The notes beneath the pieces were generated by a model. It was not told the DNA's origin, did not search any database, and saw only the letters and a list, made by a program, of their open reading frames with translations. DNA of 64,000 nucleotides from Alistipes sp. (lineage in GTDB: Bacteria; Bacteroidota; Bacteroidia; Bacteroidales; Rikenellaceae), in assembly GCA_017629145.1 (NCBI GenBank), contig JAGBXR010000042.1, positions 2,000 to 65,999 on the forward strand. Direction: 5' to 3'. Below, piece by piece: positions 29,870 through 41,238 of the stretch (position 1 is its first letter; each line of letters opens with the position of its first letter). A program made the translations under genes and the position numbers.

Positions 29870-32800
29870 TATTTGCGATATTTTCTTTTTACACGATCAA
29901 TCCACACGAAGAAGAATGGTACATAGACAATGCCTAATGTGATAGCTACGCACATACCGAAGAATACGCCTGTGCCGATTCCCTGACGGCTTGCCGATCC
30001 GGGTCCTGATGACATAACGAGTGGCAACAGACCGAGGATGAAGGCAAGCGATGTCATTACGATAGGTCGGAATCGTAGCTTCGAAGCGGTTATCGCTGCA
30101 GTCATTGCATCGACACCCTTCTCCATCTCCACCTTTGCGAACTCGACAATCAGGATGGCATTTTTTGCGACCAGTCCGATAAGCATAACCAGACCAATCT
30201 GGAAATATACGTTATTCTCCAGACCGAATACGAAGATGCCGACATATGCGCCAAGGATGGATACGGGCAATGATAGCAATACGGCGATAGGCACCGACCA
30301 GCTCTCGTATTGTGCAGCGAGGAACAGGAATACGAAGAGGAACGCCAGGGCGAGAATCATTCCGGTCTTTCCACCCTCCTTGTTCTCTTGGTAGGATAGT
30401 CCGCTCCACTCGACGGCAATGTCGTCTGGCAGATACTGCTCTACGATTTCGCTCAAGCGTGCCATAGCCTCGCCCGAACTATATCCTGCACCTGGCTCAC
30501 CAGTGATGGTTGCCGACTGGAACATATTAAACCTCTTGATTGTTCCCGCGCCTGTCGAGTATTCGGTATTTCCGAGTGCTGTGATTGGTATCATTGCACC
30601 ATTGCTGCCCTTGACCGAGAAGAGGTTGAGGTTTTCGCGATATGCGCGGTATGGCGCTTCAGCCTGGATATAGACTCGGTATACGCGGTTGTAGAGGTTG
30701 AAGTCGTTGACATAGAGCGAGCCGGTAAAGGCCTTTAGTGTCGAGAATATCTCGGCCATCTGTACTCCGTGGAGTCTAGCCTTATCTCTGTCTACATCGA
30801 AGTACAGACGAGGAATGTCCTTCTGAATTGATGCAGAGAGACCGGCCAGCTCCTTTGACTGGCTTGCGTGAAGCATAAGTGTATCTACGGCCATCTGCAA
30901 ATCTTCGTACGTAGCATTGCCTCGCGCCTCAAGCACCATCTCGAAACCTCCCGACGAGCCTAAACCAGGGATTACGGGTGGCGTAGAGATGAAGGCCTTG
31001 GCCTCGGGGTAGCGTGCAAACTCCTGACGTGCACGACCCATTATCTCGTTCATATCCTCCGCCTCGCGCTCGTCCCACGGCTTGAGAATTACGGTGAGCT
31101 GGCTGCGTGCCTGATTAGTTCCTACGCGAGGGCTCGAGCCTACGACATCGAGGACGTGTTCCACATCAGGATCCTGCATAAGGAAGTCAAGTGCTCGGCG
31201 TGTCACCTCTCGCGTACGCTCAATGGTAGCTCCCTCGGGAAGCTCCAACTCTACGGTAAAGTAGCCCTGATCCTCCTTTGGCATAAAGCTGTCGGGAGTT
31301 ATTGCATTTAGCACGTAAATGCCTGCGAGTATAATGCCGAAACCTGCAAATACGCGCTTCGAATTTCTAATTGCCGAAGCCACCTTGTCGCAGTAGTAGA
31401 GGTTGCCTCTGTTCAGCCAACGGTTGATAAACTGGAAGATAGGGTGCTTGTCGCCCTCCTTCTCGGGTTTGAGTATCAGCGAGCACATCACTGGAGTAAG
31501 TGTCAGCGCCACGATAGTGGAGATGATTACCGACACAGCAATGGTTATGGTAAATTGTCGGTATAGTAGTCCAGTGATGCCACCTAAAAAGCTTACCGGA
31601 ACAAACACTGCGCACAGCACAAGCGATGTGGCAATCAACGCGCTGGTCATATTCGACATAGCCTTCTGCGTTGCTTTGTATGGCGAGAGATGCTCCTCGT
31701 TCATAATCTTATCAACGTTCTCGACCACGACGATGGCATCATCCACAACTATACCAATTGCCAAAATCAAACCCAGCAGGGTCATAAGATTCAGCGAGAA
31801 TCCGAAGATAAGCATAATGCCAAATGTGCCTATCAGCGAGATGGGTACGGCGACAACAGGGATAATCGTCGCGCGCCAGTTCTGCAACGACAGGTACACG
31901 ACCAGAATAACGAGCAGCAACGCCTCGAACAGCGTTTTGTATACCTCGTGTATCGACTGCGATATGTATGTGGTCATATCGAACGGAATAGAGTAGGTGA
32001 TACCCTCGGGCAGGTTACGGCCTATCTCCTCCATCGCCGCCTTCACATTATCTGCCACCTCTATAGCATTCGAGCCTGGCAGCATATTGACATTCATCAC
32101 CGCTGCATTTCCGCCATCAATTCCACTCTCGGTAGAATAGGACTGCGCTTCGAGCGAGATGCGTGCTACATCCTTGAGACGGATAATCGAGCCGTCGGGG
32201 TTGGCGCGCACAACAATCTGCTCAAACTCCTCGACAGATGACAGACGACCTTGTGCCGCAATCGGAATCGTTACATCCACATTCTCAATCGGTGCCTGAC
32301 CGAGGATTCCGGCTGCCGACTCGCGGTTCTGATCCTTGATAGCATTCTGCAAATCTTTGACCGTAAGGCCCATATCTGTAAGTTTGTCGGGCATTACCCA
32401 TATGCGCATAGCATAGTAGCGGCTACCGACATTCGAGATGCTACCAACGCCCGGAACACGGCGAAGCATATCGATAACATTGAGTGTCGCGTAGTTCGAC
32501 AGATATATCTCGTCATATTTAGGGTCGTTCGAGAGCAGAGTAATCGTGAGTAGCTTGCTCGAAGCCTGCTTCTCTACGCCTATACCATTCTGCACAACCT
32601 CGGCAGGCAAGCGTGATTCGGCCTGCTTAATACGGTTTTGGATATCTACGGCTGCAATATCCGGGTCGGTGTCGATATCGAAGGTTATGGTTGCCGAGAA
32701 ACTTCCCGAGTTCGAGCATACCGACTCCATATATGTCATTCCAGGCGTACCATTAAGCACCTGCTCAATAGGCGTGGCTACTGCCTGCGTGGTAGTTTGT

Positions 32801-32964
32801 GCATCGGCGCCCGGATATGATGCTGTCACCTTCACTACAGGCGGAACAATCTGCGGATACTGATCTATAGGCAACAGAAAGAGACCGATAAGACCCACAA
32901 TGGTGATGAGTATAGATATCACCATCGAGAAGACCGGGTGGTCAATAAAGAAATTACGCTTCAT
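29869..32964 (-). CDS. RND efflux permease (AcrB/HAE1 type)
   Basis: GIVVDDAIVVVENV, KNAILIVEF, RFRPIVMTS. Confidence 0.96.
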   Translation of the reverse strand: MKRNFFIDHPVFSMVISILITIVGLIGLFLLPIDQYPQIVPPVVKVTASYPGADAQTTTQAVATPIEQVLNGTPGMTYMESVCSNSGSFSATITFDIDTDPDIAAVDIQNRIKQAESRLPAEVVQNGIGVEKQASSKLLTITLLSNDPKYDEIYLSNYATLNVIDMLRRVPGVGSISNVGSRYYAMRIWVMPDKLTDMGLTVKDLQNAIKDQNRESAAGILGQAPIENVDVTIPIAAQGRLSSVEEFEQIVVRANPDGSIIRLKDVARISLEAQSYSTESGIDGGNAAVMNVNMLPGSNAIEVADNVKAAMEEIGRNLPEGITYSIPFDMTTYISQSIHEVYKTLFEALLLVILVVYLSLQNWRATIIPVVAVPISLIGTFGIMLIFGFSLNLMTLLGLILAIGIVVDDAIVVVENVDKIMNEEHLSPYKATQKAMSNMTSALIATSLVLCAVFVPVSFLGGITGLLYRQFTITIAVSVIISTIVALTLTPVMCSLILKPEKEGDKHPIFQFINRWLNRGNLYYCDKVASAIRNSKRVFAGFGIILAGIYVLNAITPDSFMPKEDQGYFTVELELPEGATIERTREVTRRALDFLMQDPDVEHVLDVVGSSPRVGTNQARSQLTVILKPWDEREAEDMNEIMGRARQEFARYPEAKAFISTPPVIPGLGSSGGFEMVLEARGNATYEDLQMAVDTLMLHASQSKELAGLSASIQKDIPRLYFDVDRDKARLHGVQMAEIFSTLKAFTGSLYVNDFNLYNRVYRVYIQAEAPYRAYRENLNLFSVKGSNGAMIPITALGNTEYSTGAGTIKRFNMFQSATITGEPGAGYSSGEAMARLSEIVEQYLPDDIAVEWSGLSYQENKEGGKTGMILALAFLFVFLFLAAQYESWSVPIAVLLSLPVSILGAYVGIFVFGLENNVYFQIGLVMLIGLVAKNAILIVEFAKVEMEKGVDAMTAAITASKLRFRPIVMTSLAFILGLLPLVMSSGPGSASRQGIGTGVFFGMCVAITLGIVYVPFFFVWIDRVKRKYRK

Positions 32965-32977
32965 ATCTTTTAGTTGC

Positions 32978-34117
32978 TTAATTGCTTGATACTGGCTCTA
33001 CCTTCATTCCGTGCGTGAGCTTGTGGTAGCCCTCGACAACAATCTGCTCACCCTCGACAATGCCGCGCTCAACGACAGTTGTATTCTTAAGCTCGGGGCC
33101 AAGCTCCACGAATCGCTTCTCGACGATAGAGTCGGGACGTACCACATAGATGAAGGCACCTCCGCTCTCGATAACGATAGACTTTGTAGGTACAACCAGC
33201 GCATCCTCCCTTACATCCATTAATAAACGCACGCGCGTGAACTGGCCTGGAAGCAGAATATGCTCGGGGTTGGGCATCTCGGCGCGAACAGAGAATGTTC
33301 CGGTCTTGGGGTCAATCTGTGGATCGGCAAAGTTCACCAAGCCCTGATATGGGTAGTGCGTGCCATCTGCCATTGTTACCGTTACGTATGGGTTCCACGT
33401 ACGTGTTGTATCCTTGTGTCCGAGGTTGACGTTGCGTGTCTTCGACTTGAGATACTCCAGCGATGTCATACTAAAGTCTATCTGTACGGTGTCGCTCTTA
33501 ACGATTGTTGCAAGCAAAGACTGTGAACCAGGACCAACAAGTGCTCCGATATCGGCATTACGCTCCGAAATATATCCCGAGATAGGCGACTTCACTGTGG
33601 TATAGTCGAGTGTCATCTGCGCCTGTACCATATCAGCCTCGCAAACGGCTACATCGGCCGTTGCACCCTCGTAGTTGGCGATCGCATTATCAAGGTCGAG
33701 CTGGCTGGCTGCGTTTAGCTCAAAGAGAGGTTGTATGCGGTTGAGATCGCGCTCTGCCTTCAGAGCCTGTGCCTTGGCCTTGTTGAGCTGTGCCTCGGCG
33801 CGCTTGGCGCGTGCTCGATAGAGCGTGGGGTCGATCTGAAATAGGGTCTGTCCTTTACTAATATATGTGCCTTCATCAAAGAGCATCTTCTCGAGATAGC
33901 CCTCCACGCGTGCGTGAATTTCGACAAACTGTTGTGCACGTATTCGACCTACGTAGTCGCCATAAATTTTTACATCATCAATACCTACTGGCTCGGTTGC
34001 AACTACGGGATATACTACAGGTATCGGCTTTTGTCGGTTGATTAGAAATACGACGATTGCAGCAACGATAACCATTACAAATGCACCCATTAACCATTTA
34101 CTTTTAAGGACACGCAT
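32978..34117 (-). CDS. RND periplasmic adaptor (MFP)
   Basis: VEIHARVEGYL, SPISGYI, TGTFSVRA..LLPGQF. Confidence 0.94.
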   Translation of the reverse strand: MRVLKSKWLMGAFVMVIVAAIVVFLINRQKPIPVVYPVVATEPVGIDDVKIYGDYVGRIRAQQFVEIHARVEGYLEKMLFDEGTYISKGQTLFQIDPTLYRARAKRAEAQLNKAKAQALKAERDLNRIQPLFELNAASQLDLDNAIANYEGATADVAVCEADMVQAQMTLDYTTVKSPISGYISERNADIGALVGPGSQSLLATIVKSDTVQIDFSMTSLEYLKSKTRNVNLGHKDTTRTWNPYVTVTMADGTHYPYQGLVNFADPQIDPKTGTFSVRAEMPNPEHILLPGQFTRVRLLMDVREDALVVPTKSIVIESGGAFIYVVRPDSIVEKRFVELGPELKNTTVVERGIVEGEQIVVEGYHKLTHGMKVEPVSSN

Positions 34118-34357
34118 AGCTAAAAACTTCTTGTTTGCAATTAAAATTGCGCAAATATAATAATAAATTTAGTTTATTGAATATTTTCTGTGGTTAAATA
34201 TGATGATTTTATCCTATTTTTAATCAAACTATGCTGGATAGCAATACGTCGTAAATTCGGATTTGTTCTCTTTAATAGCAATTTAGATTTTGAGTTTTGC
34301 AAGAATTGTAGTAACTTTGTACGCTATTTGCACACTAATTTTTTAATAAATAGAAAG

Positions 34358-36376
34358 ATGAACAAAATTTCAGGATTTTTCGCTATGGGTATTTTGGCAT
34401 TGACCTCGTGCACATCGCAGGTGGCACAGGAGGCAGAGCAGCCCTGGATTGTCGACCGTTTCGACGACATCAAGGTTATTCGTTACGAGGTTCCAGGCTT
34501 CGAGGCATTGAGCCTTGAGGAGAAGGAGCTTATTTACTACCTTGCAGAGGCTGCAAAGTGTGGTCGTGACATCCTCTTCGACCAGAACTTCAAGTACAAC
34601 CTTGCAGTACGTCGTACACTCGAGACTATCTACACCACCGCAGAGCAGCGCGAGGGTGAGGAGTTTGCAGCATTCGAGAAGTACCTCAAGAAGGTATGGT
34701 TTGCTAACGGTATCCACCATCACTATTCTAACGACAAGTTCGTTCCAGAGTTTACCGAAGAGTGGTTCCGAGCACAGCTCGCACAGTACATCAACGACGA
34801 GACTCGTCAAATTGAGGACGAGCTTCTCTGCCGTATCCTCTTCGACAAGGAGTTCTATGCATCACGTCTCAACCAGACAGCTGGTGTAGATGTTGTGAAG
34901 AGCTCTGCAAACAACTACTACGAGGGTGTATCGCAGGAGGAGGTTGAGGCATTCTACGCAAAGATGGTTGCTGCCGATGCAAACAACCCAGAGCCTATAT
35001 CTTACGGTCTTAACTCAAAGCTTATGCGCGATGAGAATGGCAACATCGTAGAGAAGGTTTGGAAGGTTGGTGGTATGTACTCACCAGCTATCGAGCAGAT
35101 TGTATTCTGGTTGGAGAAAGCTGCTGCGGTAGCTAAGGACGAGCAGAAGGCAACTATCGAGGCTCTCATCAAGTACTACCGTTCGGGTGACCTCAAGGAT
35201 TTCGACGATTACAGCGTACTTTGGGTTAAGGATACAGCTTCGAACGTAGACTTCGTTAACGGCTTTATCGAGAACTATGGTGATCCACTTGGCCGCAAGT
35301 CATCTTGGGAGTCTGTAGTAAACTTCCGTGACGAGGAGGCTTGCCACCGTACAGAGATTATGGCTGCTAACGCACAGTGGTTCGAGGATAACGCTCCAAT
35401 CAATCCAGCATATCGCAAGGAGGAGGTTAAGGGTGTATCTGCAAAGGTTATCACTGTAGCTATGCTTGGTGGTGACTGCTACCCAGCAACAGCTATCGGT
35501 ATCAACCTCCCTAATGCTGACTGGATCCGTAAGGAGCACGGCTCAAAGTCTGTAACTATCGACAACATCACCTACGCATACGACAAGGCAGCGCAGGGTA
35601 ACGGTTTCGCAGAGGAGTTCGTACTCCGCGACGAGGATCGCGAGCGTATGGCGCAGTGGGGTAAGCTCAGCGACGACCTCCACACCGACCTCCACGAGTG
35701 CCTCGGCCACGGTTCAGGTCAGCTCGCTCCTGGTACAAAGGGTGATGAGTTGCGTACCTACTCTTCAACTCTCGAGGAGGCACGTGCAGACCTCTTTGCT
35801 CTCTACTACCTCGGTGACCAGAAGCTCGTTGAGATTGGTCTCATCCCAACTCTCGATGTTGCTTGGGCACAGTACAGCAAGTATATTATGAACGGTATGA
35901 TGACGCAGCTCTCACGTATCGAGCCAGGCAAGAATGTCGAGGAGTCGCATATGCGTAACCGTAAGCTCATCGGTGAGTGGTGCTACGAGAAGGGTAAGGC
36001 AGAGAACGTGATCGAGTGGGTTAAGAAGGATGGCAAGAGCTATATCGTTGTAAACGACTTCGTACGTCTCCGTGAGCTCTTCGGTGAGCTTCTTTGCGAG
36101 GTTCAGCGTATCAAGTCAGAGGGTGACTACGAGGCTTGCCGCGCATTGGTTGAGGATTATGCCGTTAAGGTTGATCCAGCAATCCACGCAGAGGTTATCG
36201 CTCGTAACAACGCTCTTAAGATTGAGCCTTATGGTGGTTTCGTTAACCCAGAGTACGAGTTGGTTAAGGATGCAGAGGGTAATGTTGTAGATGTTAAGAT
36301 TAGCTATCCAGCTAACTACGTTGAGCAGCACCTCGATTATGGTAAGAACTACTCGTTCCTTCCTACATTCAACTAA
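34358..36376 (+). CDS. Dipeptidyl peptidase III (M49) lipoprotein
   Basis: HECLGH and EEARAD motifs; start moved to ATG 34358 (MNKISG.., lipobox LTSC). Confidence 0.93.
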   Translation: MNKISGFFAMGILALTSCTSQVAQEAEQPWIVDRFDDIKVIRYEVPGFEALSLEEKELIYYLAEAAKCGRDILFDQNFKYNLAVRRTLETIYTTAEQREGEEFAAFEKYLKKVWFANGIHHHYSNDKFVPEFTEEWFRAQLAQYINDETRQIEDELLCRILFDKEFYASRLNQTAGVDVVKSSANNYYEGVSQEEVEAFYAKMVAADANNPEPISYGLNSKLMRDENGNIVEKVWKVGGMYSPAIEQIVFWLEKAAAVAKDEQKATIEALIKYYRSGDLKDFDDYSVLWVKDTASNVDFVNGFIENYGDPLGRKSSWESVVNFRDEEACHRTEIMAANAQWFEDNAPINPAYRKEEVKGVSAKVITVAMLGGDCYPATAIGINLPNADWIRKEHGSKSVTIDNITYAYDKAAQGNGFAEEFVLRDEDRERMAQWGKLSDDLHTDLHECLGHGSGQLAPGTKGDELRTYSSTLEEARADLFALYYLGDQKLVEIGLIPTLDVAWAQYSKYIMNGMMTQLSRIEPGKNVEESHMRNRKLIGEWCYEKGKAENVIEWVKKDGKSYIVVNDFVRLRELFGELLCEVQRIKSEGDYEACRALVEDYAVKVDPAIHAEVIARNNALKIEPYGGFVNPEYELVKDAEGNVVDVKISYPANYVEQHLDYGKNYSFLPTFN

Positions 36377-36611
36377 TATGGTAAGATAGGTGCGCTTGTG
36401 CCCCATCGCCAAAGTAAGACCCCTTGGGTTGTACATCTTGTACTTCCCGAGGGGTTATTCTTTTGCTGTAGGATACAATTAATCGCTTACCCTGTACACG
36501 CTATACTCTCTATTTTCCCTAAACTCTCGTTACAAACTCAATGGCGTAATGACCTTATACAAAAAAATCCCCACCTCTCGGCAGGGATTTGTCTTCGTAT
36601 TGAGGAGTGTT

Positions 36612-38543
36612 TTACAACCAGCCTCCGTTTGATGCGATGTTAGGTCGTGCAACAATCATAAACTCGCGCGTAACCTCCATACCACCCATATTGTCGCCAC
36701 CACCAACGCTCGTGCCGCCGATGATTGCAGTGACGCTTACGCGGCCAGTACCACGCTTCGAGCACTTAACGGTGAGCTTGCCCCCTTTTATAGTTGGCTT
36801 TGAACTCATTCCGAGGCTTGCCATATCTTCGTTCGATATAGCAACATTGCTATAGCTCAACGATGATGAACCATCGCCGAAGTAGTTGTCCAGCGATAAG
36901 CTATGCTCCTTGTTGTTGGCCTCGACATATAGGCAGGGTGTACCCTCAATCTGCATAAGGAGCTGGTGGGCGTCGATATAGCCATTGCCGAGCTTGCCGA
37001 CATACTCCGAGAGGTTGACATCGACTCTACCTTCTTGACCGCGATTTACACTCTTTGTGCCATTCTGGTAGATGTCTATGTCGTGTGTAGAGCTGAGAAT
37101 GAGGCTCTTAAACTCCTCTGCTGAGAAGCTCTGGCCGAGCTTTAGCGCATACGACAGACCAAGAGCCGCGCAACCGCTGACGTGGGGCGCAGCCATAGAT
37201 GTACCGTGATTACCATAGTACGAGTTGTCGGCAGTAGTCGAGATTACGCCACCATACCACGGACCTGCATCTGGAATATTCATCTCACCACCTGGAGCGC
37301 AAATATTTGCTCCCGTGCCATAGTTGGTGTATGATGCAGCCTTATAGTCGGGACCCATAGCTGTAACGCAGATGTAGCTATAATATGCGCCAGGATACGA
37401 AGGAGTATTATAGTGGTCGTTACCTGCAGCAAAGATAGGCAAGCCGCCATCGATAACACCAGCGATACCAGCATTCTTCTCAAAGTAGCTAATGGCATTC
37501 ATAAGCACCGAGTAGATACGGTTAAAGTCGCTATCGCTCGTATATATACCCTTGCCGAATGCCCACGAGTTATTCGCGATAACAGCACCATTATCTGCTG
37601 CATACTTAATTGCCGCAGCGATCTTGTCCTCCGATGTCGCCTTACCATTCTTAAATATCTGGCACGTCATAATGCGACAACCGTCGCCCTTACCCGTACC
37701 ACCAGCGATACCTGCCACACCCTCGCCATTGTTGTTCACAGCGGCTATAGTACCAGCAACGTGTGTACCGTGGTCGTCAAACCATATTTCGCTGCTATCA
37801 TCGTTGAAGTTGTAGCCGTGGATATCGTCAACATAGCCATTACCATCATCATCAACGCCAGCAGAACCGTTTGCCTCTGCCTCATTTACCCACATATTGT
37901 CGATAAGGTCGACGTGGTTATACTTCACACCGCCATCCATTACTGCTACGATGACGCGCTTGTCGCCCGCAGTATGCTTCCACGCCTCGAAGAGGTTGAT
38001 GTCAGCACCAACCTGGAAGAAGGTCTCATCACCCCAATTCAGAGAGCCGTCGTTGTGGTAGTGCCACTGATCAACAAGATATGGGTCGTTGAATGGGAGA
38101 TCCTGTGAGCGTGTCACGCTGCGCTGAGGCATAGCATCTATGGCTACAGTCTCCGAGATGATCGGTTCTATCTTCACGTTGTACTCAACAGCCTCAAGAC
38201 GGCTATCCTTAGCCAACATTTTAGCGACATCCTCGACATCTGAGGTCGTGTCGAACTCCACGACCCACCAACGATATAGCTCCTCGCTATATAACTCCTC
38301 AGTGGTTGCACGACCCGCTGGTACAAGTGGACGCACGTCAAACTCTACACCCTCGACAGCCTCGGGCATAAAGCTCTCGCTGTAGTTGCGCAACTTGATA
38401 AGCAGTGACCCTGCCTCGGCATTCTCTGGCGTGTTGATAATCATCGCCTGTGGTGTCGAGCTCTGCTCTATGTCATTGGTAATATCCTGCGTGCAAGCCG
38501 CTGCCATAGATGCAAACAGTAGGGTAGATAGTAATCTTCTCAT
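36612..38543 (-). CDS. S8 subtilisin-like serine protease lipoprotein
   Basis: VAVMDGG, HGTHVAG, FAAGN, GTSMAAPHV; lipobox AAAC. Confidence 0.93.
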   Translation of the reverse strand: MRRLLSTLLFASMAAACTQDITNDIEQSSTPQAMIINTPENAEAGSLLIKLRNYSESFMPEAVEGVEFDVRPLVPAGRATTEELYSEELYRWWVVEFDTTSDVEDVAKMLAKDSRLEAVEYNVKIEPIISETVAIDAMPQRSVTRSQDLPFNDPYLVDQWHYHNDGSLNWGDETFFQVGADINLFEAWKHTAGDKRVIVAVMDGGVKYNHVDLIDNMWVNEAEANGSAGVDDDGNGYVDDIHGYNFNDDSSEIWFDDHGTHVAGTIAAVNNNGEGVAGIAGGTGKGDGCRIMTCQIFKNGKATSEDKIAAAIKYAADNGAVIANNSWAFGKGIYTSDSDFNRIYSVLMNAISYFEKNAGIAGVIDGGLPIFAAGNDHYNTPSYPGAYYSYICVTAMGPDYKAASYTNYGTGANICAPGGEMNIPDAGPWYGGVISTTADNSYYGNHGTSMAAPHVSGCAALGLSYALKLGQSFSAEEFKSLILSSTHDIDIYQNGTKSVNRGQEGRVDVNLSEYVGKLGNGYIDAHQLLMQIEGTPCLYVEANNKEHSLSLDNYFGDGSSSLSYSNVAISNEDMASLGMSSKPTIKGGKLTVKCSKRGTGRVSVTAIIGGTSVGGGDNMGGMEVTREFMIVARPNIASNGGWL

Positions 38544-38566
38544 AGTTTGTCGTTATTGCGTATAGA

Positions 38567-39622
38567 TTAGTATGTGCCGAGCTTAAATACAATCTTCTGG
38601 CAGTATAGCTCGTCGGCCTCCAACTCGATAGTAGGGAAGTGCGGGTGGTGTACAGCATCGCTGAAACCCTGACACTCGATAGCTACACCCGAGTAGTCGT
38701 TATAGTAGCCTCCCGACTTTGTTACAGGACAGCCACCAGCCAGCCAGTTGCCTGTATAGAGCACTGCGGCAGGCTGCGATGAGAGTATTGTAACCTTACG
38801 TCCCGTAGCCTCGCAGCGCAACTCGCCAACCTCCTGCAGAATGTTCTTCTGCCAACCGTCTACCTTGAAGCAGTGGTCGTAGCCGTGATAGAGGCGGATA
38901 TTGTTGAACTCCGAATCTATCTCGTCGCCAAATTTTCTCCACGTTGTAAAGTCGAGCGCTGTGCCCTTAACATCGAGAAGCTTGCCTGTAGGAATCTGCA
39001 CCATATCCATCTCCAACACCTCCGAGCAGTTGAGTCGTAACTCGTGGTCAAGGATTGTCTTGCCTGAACCTTCGCCGTGGAGGTTCCAATAGAGGTGGTT
39101 TGTGAGGTTTACTACCGTACGCTTATTGCTCTTTGCGAGGTATGTAATCTCGAGGTTGTCCTCGTCGTCGAAGTCGTATACAGCCTCTACGATAAGCTCA
39201 CCAGGATAGCCCTGCTCGCCATCCTCCGATATGCGTGAGAATACCACGCGGTTAGTCTCCACGCGACCCTCCCAGTAGCAGTTAGCGAAGCCCTTGCTGC
39301 CGCCGTGAAGGTGGTTAGGGCCATTGTTTACCTCGAGGCGGTAGTCCACGCCATCGATGGTCATTGCGCCACGTGCAATACGCCCTGCCACGCGACCTAC
39401 GCTCTTGCCGCTTGCTGCACCATCGCCAAAATAGCTCATACAGTCGCGATAGCCGAGGGCAACATCGTCGATGTTACCCTCTCTATCTGCAAACTTGACG
39501 CTCACAATCGATGCACCTACGTTGCATAACTGCACCTCCGAGCCTCGGCTATTGCGCATAGTGTAGAGGATGATACCCTCACCCTCGGCCGTAGAGCCCC
39601 ATATATGCTGCAAAATCTCCAT
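38567..39622 (-). CDS. galM: Aldose 1-epimerase (galactose mutarotase)
   Basis: NHLHGG, GYPG, NLTNHLYWNL, GYDH. Confidence 0.9.
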   Translation of the reverse strand: MEILQHIWGSTAEGEGIILYTMRNSRGSEVQLCNVGASIVSVKFADREGNIDDVALGYRDCMSYFGDGAASGKSVGRVAGRIARGAMTIDGVDYRLEVNNGPNHLHGGSKGFANCYWEGRVETNRVVFSRISEDGEQGYPGELIVEAVYDFDDEDNLEITYLAKSNKRTVVNLTNHLYWNLHGEGSGKTILDHELRLNCSEVLEMDMVQIPTGKLLDVKGTALDFTTWRKFGDEIDSEFNNIRLYHGYDHCFKVDGWQKNILQEVGELRCEATGRKVTILSSQPAAVLYTGNWLAGGCPVTKSGGYYNDYSGVAIECQGFSDAVHHPHFPTIELEADELYCQKIVFKLGTY

Positions 39623-41157
39623 TACTCCATAGGTTTAAGATTGGCGATGATGTTGTCGATACGGCGTACGCACTCCTCGCGTCCGATAAACTCCGTAACG
39701 TCGAACATACCTGGACCCTTGCCCTCGCCAACGAGTGCCAGACGCAATGTGTTCATCACCTGACCGAGCGAGAAGCCCTTCTGCTCGAGCCAAGCACGCA
39801 CTACAACCTCGGTATTCTCCTTCGAGAAGTCCTCGATTGAGAGCAATACCTCGCGAAGCTCCGCGAGCATTGCTGGGTTGTCACCCTTCCACTGCTTCTT
39901 TGCAAGCTTCTCCTCGTATGTGGTAGGAGCTACGAAGAAGAACGATGTGAGATCCCACAAGTCTGTTGTGAGTGTCACACGCTCCTTCATAATATCTGCA
40001 GCCTTGCCTGCCAGCTCATCGCTGGTCTCGATGCCGTGCTCACGCAGAATTGGCTGGTAGATTGCAGCGAGCTGCTCGCGATCCAATGCGCGGAAATACT
40101 GTGCGTTGAACCACTTTGCCTTGTCTGGCTGGAAGCGTGCACCTGCCTTCGATACGCGATCCAGCGAGAAGGCCTCAACGAGCTCCTGCATAGAGAAGAT
40201 CTCCTGCTCGGTACCTGGGTTCCAGCCCAAGAGTGCCAACATATTGATAAATGCCTCTGGCAGGTAGCCATCCTCGCGGTAGCCACGTGCTGTCTCGCCT
40301 GTTGTTGGCGATGTCCAGAAGAGTGGGAATACTGGGAAGCCCATCTTGTCGCCATCGCGCTTCGAGAGCTTACCGCCACCCGTAGGCTTGAGCAACAATG
40401 GAAGGTGTGCAAACTCTGGGCGTGTATCCTCCCAGCCGAAGGCACGATATAGCAAGTAGTGCAATGGCAACGATGGCAACCACTCCTCACCACGAATTAC
40501 GTGCGACACCTCCATAAGGTGATCGTCAACGATATTTGCGAGGTGGTATGTTGGAAGTGCATCTGCCGACTTGTAGAGTACTTTGTCATCGAGTGTCGAT
40601 GTGTTCATCTCTACGTGGCCACGAATGAGGTCATCCATCTTCACAACCTCGTTCTCGGGCATCTTGAAACGAACTACCCACTGGTCACCGCGTGCGATAC
40701 GGGCCTCTACCTCCTCCTTTGACAGACAGAGCGACGTAGCGAGCTGCTCGCGTACCTTGAAGTTGTAGGCAAACGTATCACCCTTCTGCTCGGCCTCGGC
40801 GCGCAATGCATCGAGCTCCTCAGGGGTGTCGAAAGCGTAGTATGCCCAACCAGCGTCGATAAGCTGCATAGCATACTTCAGGTATATATCCTTGCGCTCG
40901 CTCTGACGATATGGGGCGTGTGGACCACCAACGCCTACACCCTCGTCGATCTCGATGCCGCACCACTTGAGCGACTCGATGATATACTCCTCGGCACCAG
41001 GTACGAAACGCTGCGAGTCGGTATCTTCGATACGCAACAACATCTTACCACCGTGACGGCGAGCGAAAAGGTAGTTATAAAGGGCTGTGCGCACACCTCC
41101 GATGTGGAGAGGGCCCGTAGGGCTGGGCGCAAAACGTACTCTTACTTCACGTGACAT
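39622..41157 (-). CDS. gltX: Glutamate--tRNA ligase
   Basis: [24 protein letters not shown]. Confidence 0.97.
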   Translation of the reverse strand: MSREVRVRFAPSPTGPLHIGGVRTALYNYLFARRHGGKMLLRIEDTDSQRFVPGAEEYIIESLKWCGIEIDEGVGVGGPHAPYRQSERKDIYLKYAMQLIDAGWAYYAFDTPEELDALRAEAEQKGDTFAYNFKVREQLATSLCLSKEEVEARIARGDQWVVRFKMPENEVVKMDDLIRGHVEMNTSTLDDKVLYKSADALPTYHLANIVDDHLMEVSHVIRGEEWLPSLPLHYLLYRAFGWEDTRPEFAHLPLLLKPTGGGKLSKRDGDKMGFPVFPLFWTSPTTGETARGYREDGYLPEAFINMLALLGWNPGTEQEIFSMQELVEAFSLDRVSKAGARFQPDKAKWFNAQYFRALDREQLAAIYQPILREHGIETSDELAGKAADIMKERVTLTTDLWDLTSFFFVAPTTYEEKLAKKQWKGDNPAMLAELREVLLSIEDFSKENTEVVVRAWLEQKGFSLGQVMNTLRLALVGEGKGPGMFDVTEFIGREECVRRIDNIIANLKPME

Positions 41158-41238
41158 AGTTATAGTCTGTTTAACTTGTTTGTTACACTGTTTTATTCTT
41201 TGACCTGCTATATATAATAGGTTGTCTTTAGCGATGTG

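Noticed and set aside
34190-34357. Upstream in-frame extensions in the ORF track (also for oxyR, thiL, DUF4254, deacetylase)
   Set aside because: They run through AT-rich promoter or intergenic DNA; family-like N-termini begin at downstream ATGs
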